Numbered from the stretch's first letter, positions 38,203 to 47,626 are shown. The stretch is DNA of 64,000 nucleotides from Chloroflexota bacterium (GCA_023423795.1 JAFAEX010000158.1:5627-69626); one strand, 5' to 3'. Program-made: numbers and translations. Notes: generated by a model from the sequence alone, not told the origin.

Positions 38203-38233
38203 CTGAAAACGGCCCGGGCGCATTGCCCGGGCC
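38203..38233 (-). terminator. Terminator after tRNA-Ala
   Basis: GGCCCGGGC/GCCCGGGCC stem, followed on the minus strand by GTTTTCAG. Confidence 0.7.
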
Positions 38234-38248
38234 GTCGCAGGTTCCTCG

Positions 38249-38324
<76 letters not shown>

Positions 38325-38451
38325 GCGCGGAACGCCGAGAGTATACGCAGCGCCGGGCCGAAGCGTCAACGAGGACGGCCGCCAGACCCGTGGGATGCCG
38401 CGGGCGACCGCTAGCATGGCCGCGGGCCGGGTGATATACTCCGGCCGAGTT

Positions 38452-38527
38452 GCGGGGGTAACTCAGTTGGTAGAGTACCTGCTTCCCAAGCAGGCTGTCG
38501 CGGGTTCGAGTCCCGTCCCCCGCTCCA
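38452..38527 (+). tRNA. tRNA-Gly (anticodon CCC)
   Basis: Acceptor GCGGGGG/CCCCCGC, anticodon stem CCTGC/GCAGG, loop TTCCCAA, encoded CCA. Confidence 0.88.
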
Positions 38528-38543
38528 GTACCCACCGACGCTT

Positions 38544-38579
38544 GCGGCCCCGAGGACTTCCTCGGGGCCGCTTTTGTTT
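38544..38579 (+). terminator. Terminator after tRNA-Gly (copy 1 of a twin hairpin)
   Basis: GCGGCCCCGAGG-ACTT-CCTCGGGGCCGC followed by TTTTGTTT. Confidence 0.8.
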
Positions 38580-38622
38580 CGTCCTACCGTGCGTCCTGTT
38601 GGCCAAACCGGCGCGGTGGGAT

Positions 38623-39582
38623 CTAGAGGCCACGTTCGTCGCGGAACTCCGTGAGAAGGTCGTTCGCGGTCCCGATCTTGTCGGTGGCTTCCTGGATCAG
38701 CGCCGCTGCCTGTTCGAGTTTGGCGGCGTCGAACGTGTCGAGGCCCTCGGCGATCAGGAACGAGGCGTCGTTGAGCAGGTTCAACGAGCTCAGGGTTTCG
38801 GCGTGAACGGACGCGATCGACGCAGGCGGCACGATCTCCTGGGCCCGTTCGTAGGACACTCGCCAGATCGCCAACTCCGTCGCGACCTCGATGGTCCAGT
38901 CGTCGCTGCCGATCCGCGGGTTCGAGGCGAGGGCGCTGAACCGGCCCAGGCTGTCGGACATGTCGGAGAGAATCGGCGTGATCTCGTCGATGTAGGCAGC
39001 GACGTTTGCCGTGTCGTCGAATGCGGCAGCCGGCGCCGGCGTGGGCGTCGGAGAAGTCGCTGCACCCGGGCTGGTGGCGATGTTCGTTTCGTCGTCTGCG
39101 GAGTCGTCGGCCACGCTTCCCGGCACCGGCGCCATTTCGTCGATGACGAACAGCGACAGGTCAGTGCCGGCGGCGGACGGGCTGAGGTAGCCGATGCCGG
39201 AGACGCCCGAGTCGTCGATCGGAATCAGGCCGACGACGAGCGAGCCGGACCCGTCGAACACCCCGCCGATCGAGCCGCACGCGAGATCCACGTTCGGGTT
39301 CTTGGGATCGGCCACGAAGAGCGACCAGCCCGCTTCGGCGAGGGCGGCGAGCGGAACGTCGAGGGACGTGCGCGATTGGGCGGCCGTCACGGCGTCTTCG
39401 TGACCGACGGGTTCACCCACCGGCACGGCGGCTGGGGTGAGATCGGCGACCAGCGCGCCCGGCTCGTCGCAGCCGCCGGAGTAGATCGCGGCGGGGTACG
39501 CGCCGTCCTGCGCGGCTGCGCCAAACGGTAGCGCGAGGCCGGCCACGGTTCCGACGATGGCGATGCGAACGGCATTGTTCAT
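38623..39582 (-). CDS. Hypothetical secreted protein (319 aa)
   Basis: Signal peptide MNNAVRIAIVGTVAGLALPFGAAAQ, central Pro/Thr/Ala linker, helical C-domain. No family recognised. Confidence 0.7.
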   Translation of the reverse strand: MNNAVRIAIVGTVAGLALPFGAAAQDGAYPAAIYSGGCDEPGALVADLTPAAVPVGEPVGHEDAVTAAQSRTSLDVPLAALAEAGWSLFVADPKNPNVDLACGSIGGVFDGSGSLVVGLIPIDDSGVSGIGYLSPSAAGTDLSLFVIDEMAPVPGSVADDSADDETNIATSPGAATSPTPTPAPAAAFDDTANVAAYIDEITPILSDMSDSLGRFSALASNPRIGSDDWTIEVATELAIWRVSYERAQEIVPPASIASVHAETLSSLNLLNDASFLIAEGLDTFDAAKLEQAAALIQEATDKIGTANDLLTEFRDERGL

Positions 39583-39776
39583 GGTTCATCCCCCTTGACC
39601 CTGCGGCCAGCGGCGTCGCCGGCCCGGTTTTCTTCGGCTCCCAGCGGCCTTGGGGACGGCGCCGCAACCATTACGCCACGTCCTGACCGGACGTGGACGC
39701 AGGAACCGGGGTGCCCCCGAATGCGTGGCCGGAGCGGCTCGTAGCCCGGTCTCCGCAACGGCGCGAAGGAACGCCG

Positions 39777-39804
39777 GCGGCCCCGAGGACTCCCTAGGGG
39801 CCGC
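39777..39804 (-). terminator. Hairpin after the solute-binding protein gene (copy 2 of the twin hairpin)
   Basis: GCGGCCCCGAGG-ACTC-CCTAGGGGCCGC. Same sequence as 38544-38571 except for 2 substitutions (1 stem mismatch). Confidence 0.6.
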
Positions 39805-39832
39805 TTCGCGGTACGCAATTGGCGATCCGCCG

Positions 39833-41212
39833 TCAGACCCCGGCGGCGACTTTCTCGGCGGCCCACTGCTTATACCGCTCGAGCAGCAACCGGTTGGCCT
39901 GCCGCCACTTGTCGGCCACGTCCTGCGTGAACGCGGCGGCCTGTTCCGGGGAGTCCATCTGGCCGGTGATGAGCTGCACCTGCGCGGTGTTGAACCCGTT
40001 GAACCAGACGTCGAACGGCACGTAATTCTCGATCTGCGGGGCCGGATTCTCGGTTGCCCAGTCGAACACCTCGCGCACGAGCGGGTCGGTGATCGTTTCC
40101 GGATCGAAGCGGTCGTCCGCCGGCGGCACGCCGGTCGCCTCGTAGTAGGCGGCGAGTTGTTCCGGGGTGTGGAGGAACGTGATGAAGTTTGCCGCGATCG
40201 CTTGCTGCTCCGGGCTCGACCAGCTCGTCACCGCCAGCGTCTGCGAGGTCGAGGTCAGCCGGTCGGCGAAGGGGCCGTCGCCGGTCGGCGGCAACTTCAT
40301 CACACCGGCGTTGTCGGGGCCGATGGCCTCAACGTAGGACGCCATCTCGGAACCGGTGATCAGCGTCAGGCCGGCCTTGCCCTGCGTCACCAGTTGCTGC
40401 CCGGAATACATGTCCAGCGAGGCTACGTCCTCGGGGAAGGCCTTGCGCTCGTACAGTTCCTGCCAGCGGGCGAAGAAGTCCACGTAGGCGGGATCGGTGA
40501 AACTGGTCTCGCCGGTGACGGCCTGGAGCACCTCGCCGACGCCCTCCACCTGCTGGATCAGGCTGTCGAGCAGGAAGCGGCCGGCGCCCCAGGTGTCCTT
40601 CGCGCCGAAGCCGATCAGCGGCATCCCGGCGGCGGCGAAGGCGTCGGCGGCGGCGAGGAACCCGTCCCACGTCGCCGGCGGGTTCTCCGGGTCCAGCCCG
40701 GTGGCGGTGAACGCCGCCTTATTGTAGATGAGCGGGTACGACGGCTGAAGGTACCACGCCGCCGACCAGATCTTGCCTTCGAAGGTGGCCTCGTCGCCGT
40801 TGAGGTAGTGGGACGCTTCCTCCATCCCGACGAGGTCGGAGATGGGCACGATCCAGCCCTTCCAGGCCGGGTCCATCGTATAGATCCCGCCCCAGAGGTA
40901 CATGATGTTCGGGCCCTGCTTCGCCTGCCCGGCGGCCTCGTAGGAAGGCAGCAGGGCATCGGTGGAGAGCAGATTGTTGTTGAAGGTGACGTTCGGGTGC
41001 GCCTCGACGTAGGCCGCCTGCGCGGCTTCCAGCCACGCTTCGGAGCCGGGCGCCTCGGTTTCGCCCCACCACCAGAAGTCGATCTGCACCGGATCGGTCG
41101 GCAGCGCCGCGTCCTGCGCGGATGCCCGCCGCGCCGCCGGCAGCACGCCGGCGGTCGCGCCGAGCGCCGCCGCGCCGAACCCGATCAGCCCGCGCCTCGA
41201 CAGGTTTGCCAT
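39833..41212 (-). CDS. ABC transporter extracellular solute-binding protein (carbohydrate type), Tat signal
   Basis: MANLSRRGLIGFGAAALG twin-arginine signal. Family-1 SBP-like composition. Start at 41212, not at the track ORF start. Confidence 0.85.
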   Translation of the reverse strand: MANLSRRGLIGFGAAALGATAGVLPAARRASAQDAALPTDPVQIDFWWWGETEAPGSEAWLEAAQAAYVEAHPNVTFNNNLLSTDALLPSYEAAGQAKQGPNIMYLWGGIYTMDPAWKGWIVPISDLVGMEEASHYLNGDEATFEGKIWSAAWYLQPSYPLIYNKAAFTATGLDPENPPATWDGFLAAADAFAAAGMPLIGFGAKDTWGAGRFLLDSLIQQVEGVGEVLQAVTGETSFTDPAYVDFFARWQELYERKAFPEDVASLDMYSGQQLVTQGKAGLTLITGSEMASYVEAIGPDNAGVMKLPPTGDGPFADRLTSTSQTLAVTSWSSPEQQAIAANFITFLHTPEQLAAYYEATGVPPADDRFDPETITDPLVREVFDWATENPAPQIENYVPFDVWFNGFNTAQVQLITGQMDSPEQAAAFTQDVADKWRQANRLLLERYKQWAAEKVAAGV

Positions 41213-41271
41213 CGCCTTCGTCCTCCGCGTTCCGCCCGGCGCGGGACCGGTCCCACGCCGCCCGGCGGCGG

Positions 41272-42150
41272 TCATTCTTTGACCGCGCCCGCCAGGAGAC
41301 CGCTCATGAAGAACCGCTGCCCGAACACGTAGAGCAGCAGCAACGGGATGGCCGAGATGGTCGCCCCGGCCATCACCAGCGGGATGTCCACGGTGTTTTT
41401 GCCCTTCAGCAGCGCCAGCCCGGCCTGCAACGTGCGGGACTGTTCGTTCTGGAGCATGACCACCGCGATCAGCAGTTCGTTCCACGCCCACAGCGCGTTG
41501 ACGATCCCCAGCGTCAGCAGGGCGGGCCGCACCAGCGGCACCACGATCGTCCACAGGATGCGCAGGTGCCCCGCGCCCTCGACGATGGCGGCCTCGTAGA
41601 GTTCGCCGGGGATTCCCTCGATGAAGCGCACCATCAGGAAAACCGAGAACGGGAACATCAGCCCGGCGTAGGCGACGATCACCGCGTCGAAGTGGTTGAC
41701 CCGGCCGAGCGCCGTCATCAGCGAGAAGAGCGGCAGGAGCATGACGATCGGCGGCACGACCATCAGGAAGACGAAGACCCGCAGCAGCGTCGCCGAGCCG
41801 CGGAACGGGAGCCGCACGAAGACGTAGGCCGCCGGCATGCAGACCAGCGTCACCAGCAGCACGGAGCCGCCGGTGACGATCAGGGAGTTGACGATCCAGC
41901 GCCCCATGTTCTCACCGAAGGCGCGGGCGAAGTTGTCTAGCGTGAAGGCGGCCGGCCAGCCGAACGGCGCGCTGATGTAGTCGCCCTGCGTGCGCAGCGC
42001 GCTCCAGGCCATGAACCACAGCGGGAAGAGCGCCACCGCCGATCCGAGGAGCAGCAGCGCCTGCTGGATGGCCCCGCCAATCCTGCGGCGCGTCCGGGCG
42101 CTGAGGCGCGGCGGGGCGGGGGAGGGTTCGAAGTTGGCCACCGCGCTCAT
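41272..42150 (-). CDS. Carbohydrate ABC transporter permease (MalG-like)
   Basis: EAA-type loop IPGELYEAAIVEGAGHLRILWTIVVPL. ATGA overlap with the upstream permease. Confidence 0.88.
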   Translation of the reverse strand: MSAVANFEPSPAPPRLSARTRRRIGGAIQQALLLLGSAVALFPLWFMAWSALRTQGDYISAPFGWPAAFTLDNFARAFGENMGRWIVNSLIVTGGSVLLVTLVCMPAAYVFVRLPFRGSATLLRVFVFLMVVPPIVMLLPLFSLMTALGRVNHFDAVIVAYAGLMFPFSVFLMVRFIEGIPGELYEAAIVEGAGHLRILWTIVVPLVRPALLTLGIVNALWAWNELLIAVVMLQNEQSRTLQAGLALLKGKNTVDIPLVMAGATISAIPLLLLYVFGQRFFMSGLLAGAVKE

Positions 42151-43121
42151 CGGGAACCTCCCCGGCCAGCGACGCGCGGCGCGACGAGCGATACGCCGGC
42201 GACGACGATCGCCGTCACGAGCACGACGGTCGCCGCCGCCGCCGCGAGGTTCATCTGCGCCGTCGTGAAGGCGTTCTGGTAGATGTAGAGGTCTGCCGTC
42301 ATCGTCGCGTTCCCGGGACCGCCGTTGGTGATGACGAATACGTAGGAGAACGTCCAGACCGCCACGGTGATGACGGCGGTGATGGCGAAGAAGCCGATCA
42401 CCGAGGCGAGTTGCGGCAGCGTCACGTCCCGGTGCGCCCGCCAGCGCGTCGCGCCGTCCACCATCGCCGCCTCCAGCGGTTCGGTGGAAAGCGACAGCAG
42501 CCGCGCCACGAACAGGACGATGCCCAGCACGCATTCGCGCCAGACCATCACCGCGCCGATCGAGACCAAGGCCAGCGAGGGGTCGCCCAGCCAGTCGCGC
42601 TGGAGGAGCCCGAGCCCGGCCGCGCCGAGCATCTGGTTCAGCGCCCCGTTGCGGGTCAGGATCTGGGAGAACGCGATGCCGCTTACCGGGATCGAGACGA
42701 TGTACGGCACGAACAGCAGGAAGCGGTACACCGGCGCCGATCTGCGTTGTTCGTAGAGCAGGATGGCGAACACCAGCGCGACGACGACCATCACCGGCAC
42801 GCAGGCCATCAGCAGCAGGTTGTTGCGGACGCTGGTGAGAAACAGCGGGTCGGTCAGCACGAGCCGGTAGTTGTCCACCCCGACGTACATGGAGAACGAC
42901 CCGAGCGATTGCACGAGGCTCATCCGGACGAGGGCGTAGACGGGATAGAGGAACGTGAACGCGACCAGCGCCAACCCCGGCAGCAGGAACAGCAGCGCGG
43001 CCCGGCCATCGCCCCGGCGGTAGCGCGGGCGGTGGTCGTCCCGGTGGTCGAGGCGCCCCGGCGCGCGCCCAACGGCGCGCCGGGGCAGCGCCAGCGCGTC
43101 GCTCCGTTGCTCGGCAACCAC
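42147..43121 (-). CDS. Carbohydrate ABC transporter permease (MalF-like)
   Basis: EAA loop STEPLEAAMVDGATRWRAHRDVTLP. GTG 43121 behind AGGAGGAG. Confidence 0.85.
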   Translation of the reverse strand: MVAEQRSDALALPRRAVGRAPGRLDHRDDHRPRYRRGDGRAALLFLLPGLALVAFTFLYPVYALVRMSLVQSLGSFSMYVGVDNYRLVLTDPLFLTSVRNNLLLMACVPVMVVVALVFAILLYEQRRSAPVYRFLLFVPYIVSIPVSGIAFSQILTRNGALNQMLGAAGLGLLQRDWLGDPSLALVSIGAVMVWRECVLGIVLFVARLLSLSTEPLEAAMVDGATRWRAHRDVTLPQLASVIGFFAITAVITVAVWTFSYVFVITNGGPGNATMTADLYIYQNAFTTAQMNLAAAAATVVLVTAIVVAGVSLVAPRVAGRGGSR

Positions 43122-43271
43122 GGGCCGGTCTCCTCCTGCCGGAGACGGTTTGCACGACGGGCGGTAAACGATTCCCGCCAATGCTTGGGTAGGGCATGAT
43201 ACACGCACGATGCTTGAAATCGCGCGCCCGTCGCCGGCCGCGCCGCGCCACGGGGAAGAGGGGGTTGCCCG

Positions 43272-44255
43272 GTGCGGGACTGGAGCGCCGACTGGAGTTA
43301 CCGCGGCCAGCCGGCGGTGGTCATCGAGAGCCGGCGGCTGCGCGTCGTGGTCTTGCCCGACCTCGGCGGCAAGATCTGGTCGATCCGCGACAAGGCGCAC
43401 GACCGGGAACTGCTGTGGCACAACCCGCGGGTGCCACCGTCCTCGGCGCCGTTCGGCGCGCGCTACGACGACTGGTTCGCCGGCGGCTGGGACGACCTGT
43501 TCCCGAACGATGCCCCGGTGCTCCTCGACGGGCAGCCGCTGCCGGACCACGGGGAGTGGTGGGCGCGCCCGTGCCGGTGGCGCATCGACGAGGAGCCGGG
43601 GACGCTGCGCCTCGTGCTTTCCGGCCTCGGCCTGGTCACCCCGCACCGTTGGGAGCGCGTCATCGAACTGCGTGAGGACGAGCGGGCGATCTGGTGCTCG
43701 ACCACCATTCGCAACGAGGGGCACGCGCCGTTGCCGTTCCTTTGGCGCATCCATCCGGCGTTGCCGGCGACGCCCGGGTCCCGCATCGAGATCCCGTCGG
43801 AGCACGTCGTCATTGAGGCGGCGTCGTCGCCGGGCCTCGACCGTCGCCCGTTCGCCTGGCCGCTGGCGCGCACGACCGATGGCGGCGTGTCGAACCTCGG
43901 CGTCTGCCCCGAACCGGGCCACGAGAGGATGCTGCAGGCGTACGCGACCCGGCTCCGCGCCGGCTGGTGCGCCCTCACCGGCGCGGACGGCCTCGGCGTC
44001 GGCTTCGCGTTCGATCCGGCCGCGATCGACACGGTGACGTTGTTCGCCACGTTCGGCGGCTGGCGCGGGTTGAGCACCGTCATCCTCGAACCGGGGGTCG
44101 GCTGGCCCTCCGACCTCGACAAGGCGCGGGCCAACGGCAGCGCCCGGGTCATCGCTCCCGGGGAGACGACCGAATTCGCCATAACGATGGTCGCCTACGA
44201 GGGCGTCGGCCGGGTCGAGGACATCGGCCGCGACGGCGTCGTTCGCGGCCGCTGA
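43272..44255 (+). CDS. Aldose-1-epimerase-like (galactose-mutarotase fold) protein
   Basis: Length, beta-rich pattern and context next to sugar genes. Motifs resemble DUF4432/mutarotase-like proteins. Functional call is weak. Confidence 0.55.
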   Translation: MRDWSADWSYRGQPAVVIESRRLRVVVLPDLGGKIWSIRDKAHDRELLWHNPRVPPSSAPFGARYDDWFAGGWDDLFPNDAPVLLDGQPLPDHGEWWARPCRWRIDEEPGTLRLVLSGLGLVTPHRWERVIELREDERAIWCSTTIRNEGHAPLPFLWRIHPALPATPGSRIEIPSEHVVIEAASSPGLDRRPFAWPLARTTDGGVSNLGVCPEPGHERMLQAYATRLRAGWCALTGADGLGVGFAFDPAAIDTVTLFATFGGWRGLSTVILEPGVGWPSDLDKARANGSARVIAPGETTEFAITMVAYEGVGRVEDIGRDGVVRGR

Positions 44256-44272
44256 GCGAAGGGGAGGAAAGC

Positions 44273-45016
44273 GTGCTGCTTGCCGGCAGGTCGGCGCTGG
44301 TAACGGGAGGAACCCACGGCATCGGGGCCGCAATCGTCGAACGGTTCCGGCGGGAAGGCGCGCGGGTGGCGACCGTGGCCCGTGAATCACCGGATTCGCT
44401 CGCGCCCGGCGTGGCGTTCGAGCGGTTCGACCTCGCGGATCACGCCGCAATCCCGGCGCTGGTCGAGCGGGTCGAGGCCGCGGTCGGGCCGCTGGACGTG
44501 CTGGTCAACAACGCCGGCATCTGGATCGAGACACCCTCGATCGGGCTGGACCCGGCCGATTGGGCGCGGGTGATTGCGGTGAACCTGACCGCTCCGGTCC
44601 TGCTGGCGACCGCGGCGGCGCAGGGGATGGCGGCGCGCGGCTACGGCCGGATCGTCAACGTCACCTCCATCCACGGCCGGTTTGCGGTCGAGAACGCGCT
44701 CGCCTACGCCTCGGCCAAGGGTGGCCTGGAGCAGGCGACGCGCAACCTCGCCGTCGATCTTGCGCCGCGCGGCATCCTCGTGAACGCGGTTGCGCCAGGA
44801 TTCATCTCGACCCGCCTCAGCGTGGTCGATGGAGTCCACGAGCGCGACGCCGACTGGTTCAGGACGGTCTACGTCGGAAACGGCAAGATCCCGTTGCGCC
44901 GCCATGCGGAACCGGCCGAGGTGGCCGGGCATGTGGCGTGGCTGGCGAGCGGCGAGAATGGCTACGTCACCGGGCAGGTGCTCGGGGTGGACGGCGGGCT
45001 GAGCGTCACGTTCTGA
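44273..45016 (+). CDS. SDR-family oxidoreductase
   Basis: TGGTHGIG cofactor motif, NNAG, catalytic YASAKGG. GGGGAGG RBS before GTG 44273. Confidence 0.9.
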   Translation: MLLAGRSALVTGGTHGIGAAIVERFRREGARVATVARESPDSLAPGVAFERFDLADHAAIPALVERVEAAVGPLDVLVNNAGIWIETPSIGLDPADWARVIAVNLTAPVLLATAAAQGMAARGYGRIVNVTSIHGRFAVENALAYASAKGGLEQATRNLAVDLAPRGILVNAVAPGFISTRLSVVDGVHERDADWFRTVYVGNGKIPLRRHAEPAEVAGHVAWLASGENGYVTGQVLGVDGGLSVTF

Positions 45017-45047
45017 CGCGAGATTCACGCTAGGGGAGAACGACACG

Positions 45048-46226
45048 GTGCGAATCGAAGCGGTCGATTTCTACTACCTTTCCATGCCCGAGGTGCTCGA
45101 CATCGGCGACGGCAGCCAGGATCTCTGCCTCGTCCGCGTGCAGGCAGGCGGGCACGTCGGCTGGGGCGAGTGCGAAGCGGCGCCGCTGCCGTCGATCGCC
45201 GCGCTCGTTTGCCCGATGAGCCACTCCGCCTGCAAACCGGTGCAGGCGTCGGTCCTCGGCCAGGCGCTGGACGGGCCGGAGGACATCGCCCGGATCAACC
45301 GCCTCGTCCGCGAGAACTCGTTCGACCTGTTGCAGGCCGACCACACGCTCTCCGGGATCGACATGGCGCTGTGGGACCTGCTCGGCCGGGTTCGCGGCGA
45401 GCCGGCCTGGAAACTGCTCGGGCTGGAGCGGGCCGAGCCGCGCGTCCCCTACGCCTCGGTCCTATTCGGCGACGACGCGCAAGAAACGATGGAGAAGGCG
45501 CGCGGCATCCGCGAGCAGGGATACAGGGCGGCCAAGTTCGGATGGGGGCCCTACGGCGCGGGCACGGTCGAGGCCGATGCCGACCAGGTGATGGCCGCTC
45601 GCGAAGGCCTTGGGCCTGACGGGTTCGTCCTCGTCGATGCCGGTACGATCTGGGGCGAAGACGTCGAGCGCGCCCGGCTGCGGCTGCCCGCGCTAAAGGA
45701 AGCCGGCGCGCTGTGGCTGGAGGAGCCGTTCCCCGGCGGCGCGGTCTGGGCCTACGCCGACCTCGCGCGCGATGCGGCGCCGGTGAAACTCGCCGGCGGG
45801 GAGGGCGCGCACAACGCGCTGCAGGCCCGCCAACTCATCGACGGGGGCGGCATCGGCTACGTCCAGATCGATGCCGGACGCATCGGCGGTTTGACCACCT
45901 CGAAGGAGGTGGCCGACTACGCCCACGCGCGCGGCGTCATCTACGTGAACCACACCTTCACCAGCCACCTCGCGCTGTCGGCCAGCCTCCAGCCGTGGGC
46001 GGACCACCCGGCGGGCGCGATCTGCGAATACCCGGTCGAACCGAAGGCGCTCGCGTGGGAGGCCACGAAGGGCCACCTGCTGGTCGGGCATGACGGCATG
46101 GTGCGCATCCCCGACGGTCCCGGTCTGGGTCTCGATCCGGACCTCGATGCGCTGGCCCGGTACCTCGTCCCGGTCGAGATCCGCGTGGCGGGAAAGACGC
46201 TGTACAGCACGCCGACGCTCGCCTGA
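45048..46226 (+). CDS. Enolase-superfamily enzyme (mandelate racemase / sugar-acid dehydratase-like)
   Basis: MR/MLE pattern: N-terminal capping domain, metal ligands in VDAG...WLEEP...GGEG, and a C-terminal barrel. Confidence 0.85.
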   Translation: MRIEAVDFYYLSMPEVLDIGDGSQDLCLVRVQAGGHVGWGECEAAPLPSIAALVCPMSHSACKPVQASVLGQALDGPEDIARINRLVRENSFDLLQADHTLSGIDMALWDLLGRVRGEPAWKLLGLERAEPRVPYASVLFGDDAQETMEKARGIREQGYRAAKFGWGPYGAGTVEADADQVMAAREGLGPDGFVLVDAGTIWGEDVERARLRLPALKEAGALWLEEPFPGGAVWAYADLARDAAPVKLAGGEGAHNALQARQLIDGGGIGYVQIDAGRIGGLTTSKEVADYAHARGVIYVNHTFTSHLALSASLQPWADHPAGAICEYPVEPKALAWEATKGHLLVGHDGMVRIPDGPGLGLDPDLDALARYLVPVEIRVAGKTLYSTPTLA

Positions 46227-46314
46227 TCCCGTCTTCCGGGGATTGCGATCCGGGCGGCGACCGTTATCGGCAAAGGTCGGTTCGCCCGAATGCGTCCTCG
46301 GTGGCCGCGCCCGC

Positions 46315-46394
46315 CGTCATTCCGGGCCCGTCGCGGGATCGCGTCATCCTGCTTTGGGAGACGGACAAGATCCCGCGACGGGCCCGGAATGACG
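46315..46394. repeat. Family-1 hairpin repeat, covariant variant (perfect 26-bp stem)
   Basis: CGTCATTCCGGGCCCGTCGCGGGATC / GATCCCGCGACGGGCCCGGAATGACG. It differs from the canonical arm at 5 positions, all compensated in the opposite arm. Confidence 0.85.
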
Positions 46395-46610
46395 ACAGGT
46401 GTCGCGATGGTTAGGCAAGTACGAGTGCAGTCGGGCTGCGCCGCCTGGTGGCCGCCTTTCCTGGAACACCCGAACACTCTTCGCGTCGTGTGCGACGCTC
46501 CCCGCGTCCCGAGGGCATGCCACCTGCCCTTGGGAGGAACCCATAGTCACCTGGCGTTGGAGCAGAGAACAGCGATGGCCGCTCCAAAGGTCGGATTCCT
46601 TGCGCTTGAG

Positions 46611-46628
46611 GTTTAGTGTCGTCTAAAC
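46611..46628. promoter_or_regulatory. Candidate DtxR/MntR-type operator upstream of the metal ABC operon
   Basis: Palindrome GTTTAG-TGTCGT-CTAAAC in the only AT-rich stretch, 45 bp upstream of ATG 46673. The operon ends with a DtxR-family gene. Confidence 0.45.
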
Positions 46629-46672
46629 TATTTCGGTCGTATCATGAAATTATCCTCGAGGGACCCTGATAG

Positions 46673-47626
46673 ATGCTCCGAATTCTTGAACCCACTGCCA
46701 GGCGGCGCGTGCTGATGGTCATGGCGGTGCTGCTCGTGCTGCCGCTGCTGGCGGCCTGCGGCGCAAACGGGCCGGCGGCGGAGCGCGACGGGCCGATGCG
46801 GATCGTCGCCACCACCGGGCAGGTGGCGGACCTCGCCCGGCAGGTTGGCGGTGAGTGGGTTTCGGTCGAGGCGCTGATGGGACCGGGGATTGACCCGCAC
46901 CTCTACCGCGCTTCCGAAGGTGATGTCTCCAAACTCTCCGACGCCGACCTGATCCTCTACAACGGGCTCCGGCTCGAAGGGAAGATGGAGGACCTGCTCG
47001 AGCGCCTCTCCGAGCGCCGGCCGGTCGTGGCCGTCACCGACGGCATCGATCCCGACGTGCTGCGCGCCGACCCCGCCGCGCCCGAGCACCCGGACCCCCA
47101 CGTCTGGTTCGACCCAACGCTCTGGACGCAGGCGACCGATCGCGTCGCCGAAGCGCTGGCGGAACTCGACCCCGACCACGCGGACGTCTACCGCGCCAAC
47201 GCCGAGCGCTACGCCGGCGAACTGGCGGCCCTCGACGCCGACGCGGCCGAGGCGTTGGCCGCCATCCCCGCCGAGCGCCGCGTGCTCGTCACCGCCCACG
47301 ACGCCTTCGGGTACTTCGGCGACCGGTACGACGTCGAGGTCGTCGGGCTGCAGGGCATCTCGACCGAGAGCGAGGCCGGCATCGCCGACGTGTCGCGGAT
47401 TGCCAACCTGATCGCCGATCGCGGCGTGCGCGCCATCTTCGTCGAGACCAGCGTTTCGCCGCGCACGGTCGAGGCGGTGCAGGCGGCCGTGCGCGACAGG
47501 GGCGGCGACGTCGCCATCGGCGGCTCGCTGTTCTCCGACGCCCTCGGCGAGCCGGGCACCGCGGAAGAAACCTACGCCGGCATGTTCCGGCACAACGTCG
47601 CCACCATCGTGGAGGCCCTGCAATGA
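46673..47626 (+). CDS. Metal ABC transporter substrate-binding protein (TroA/ZnuA/MntC cluster A-I)
   Basis: Lipoprotein-like LLAAC signal, then DPHLY...DPHVWFDP...TAHDAFGYF motifs. Confidence 0.88.
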   Translation: MLRILEPTARRRVLMVMAVLLVLPLLAACGANGPAAERDGPMRIVATTGQVADLARQVGGEWVSVEALMGPGIDPHLYRASEGDVSKLSDADLILYNGLRLEGKMEDLLERLSERRPVVAVTDGIDPDVLRADPAAPEHPDPHVWFDPTLWTQATDRVAEALAELDPDHADVYRANAERYAGELAALDADAAEALAAIPAERRVLVTAHDAFGYFGDRYDVEVVGLQGISTESEAGIADVSRIANLIADRGVRAIFVETSVSPRTVEAVQAAVRDRGGDVAIGGSLFSDALGEPGTAEETYAGMFRHNVATIVEALQ

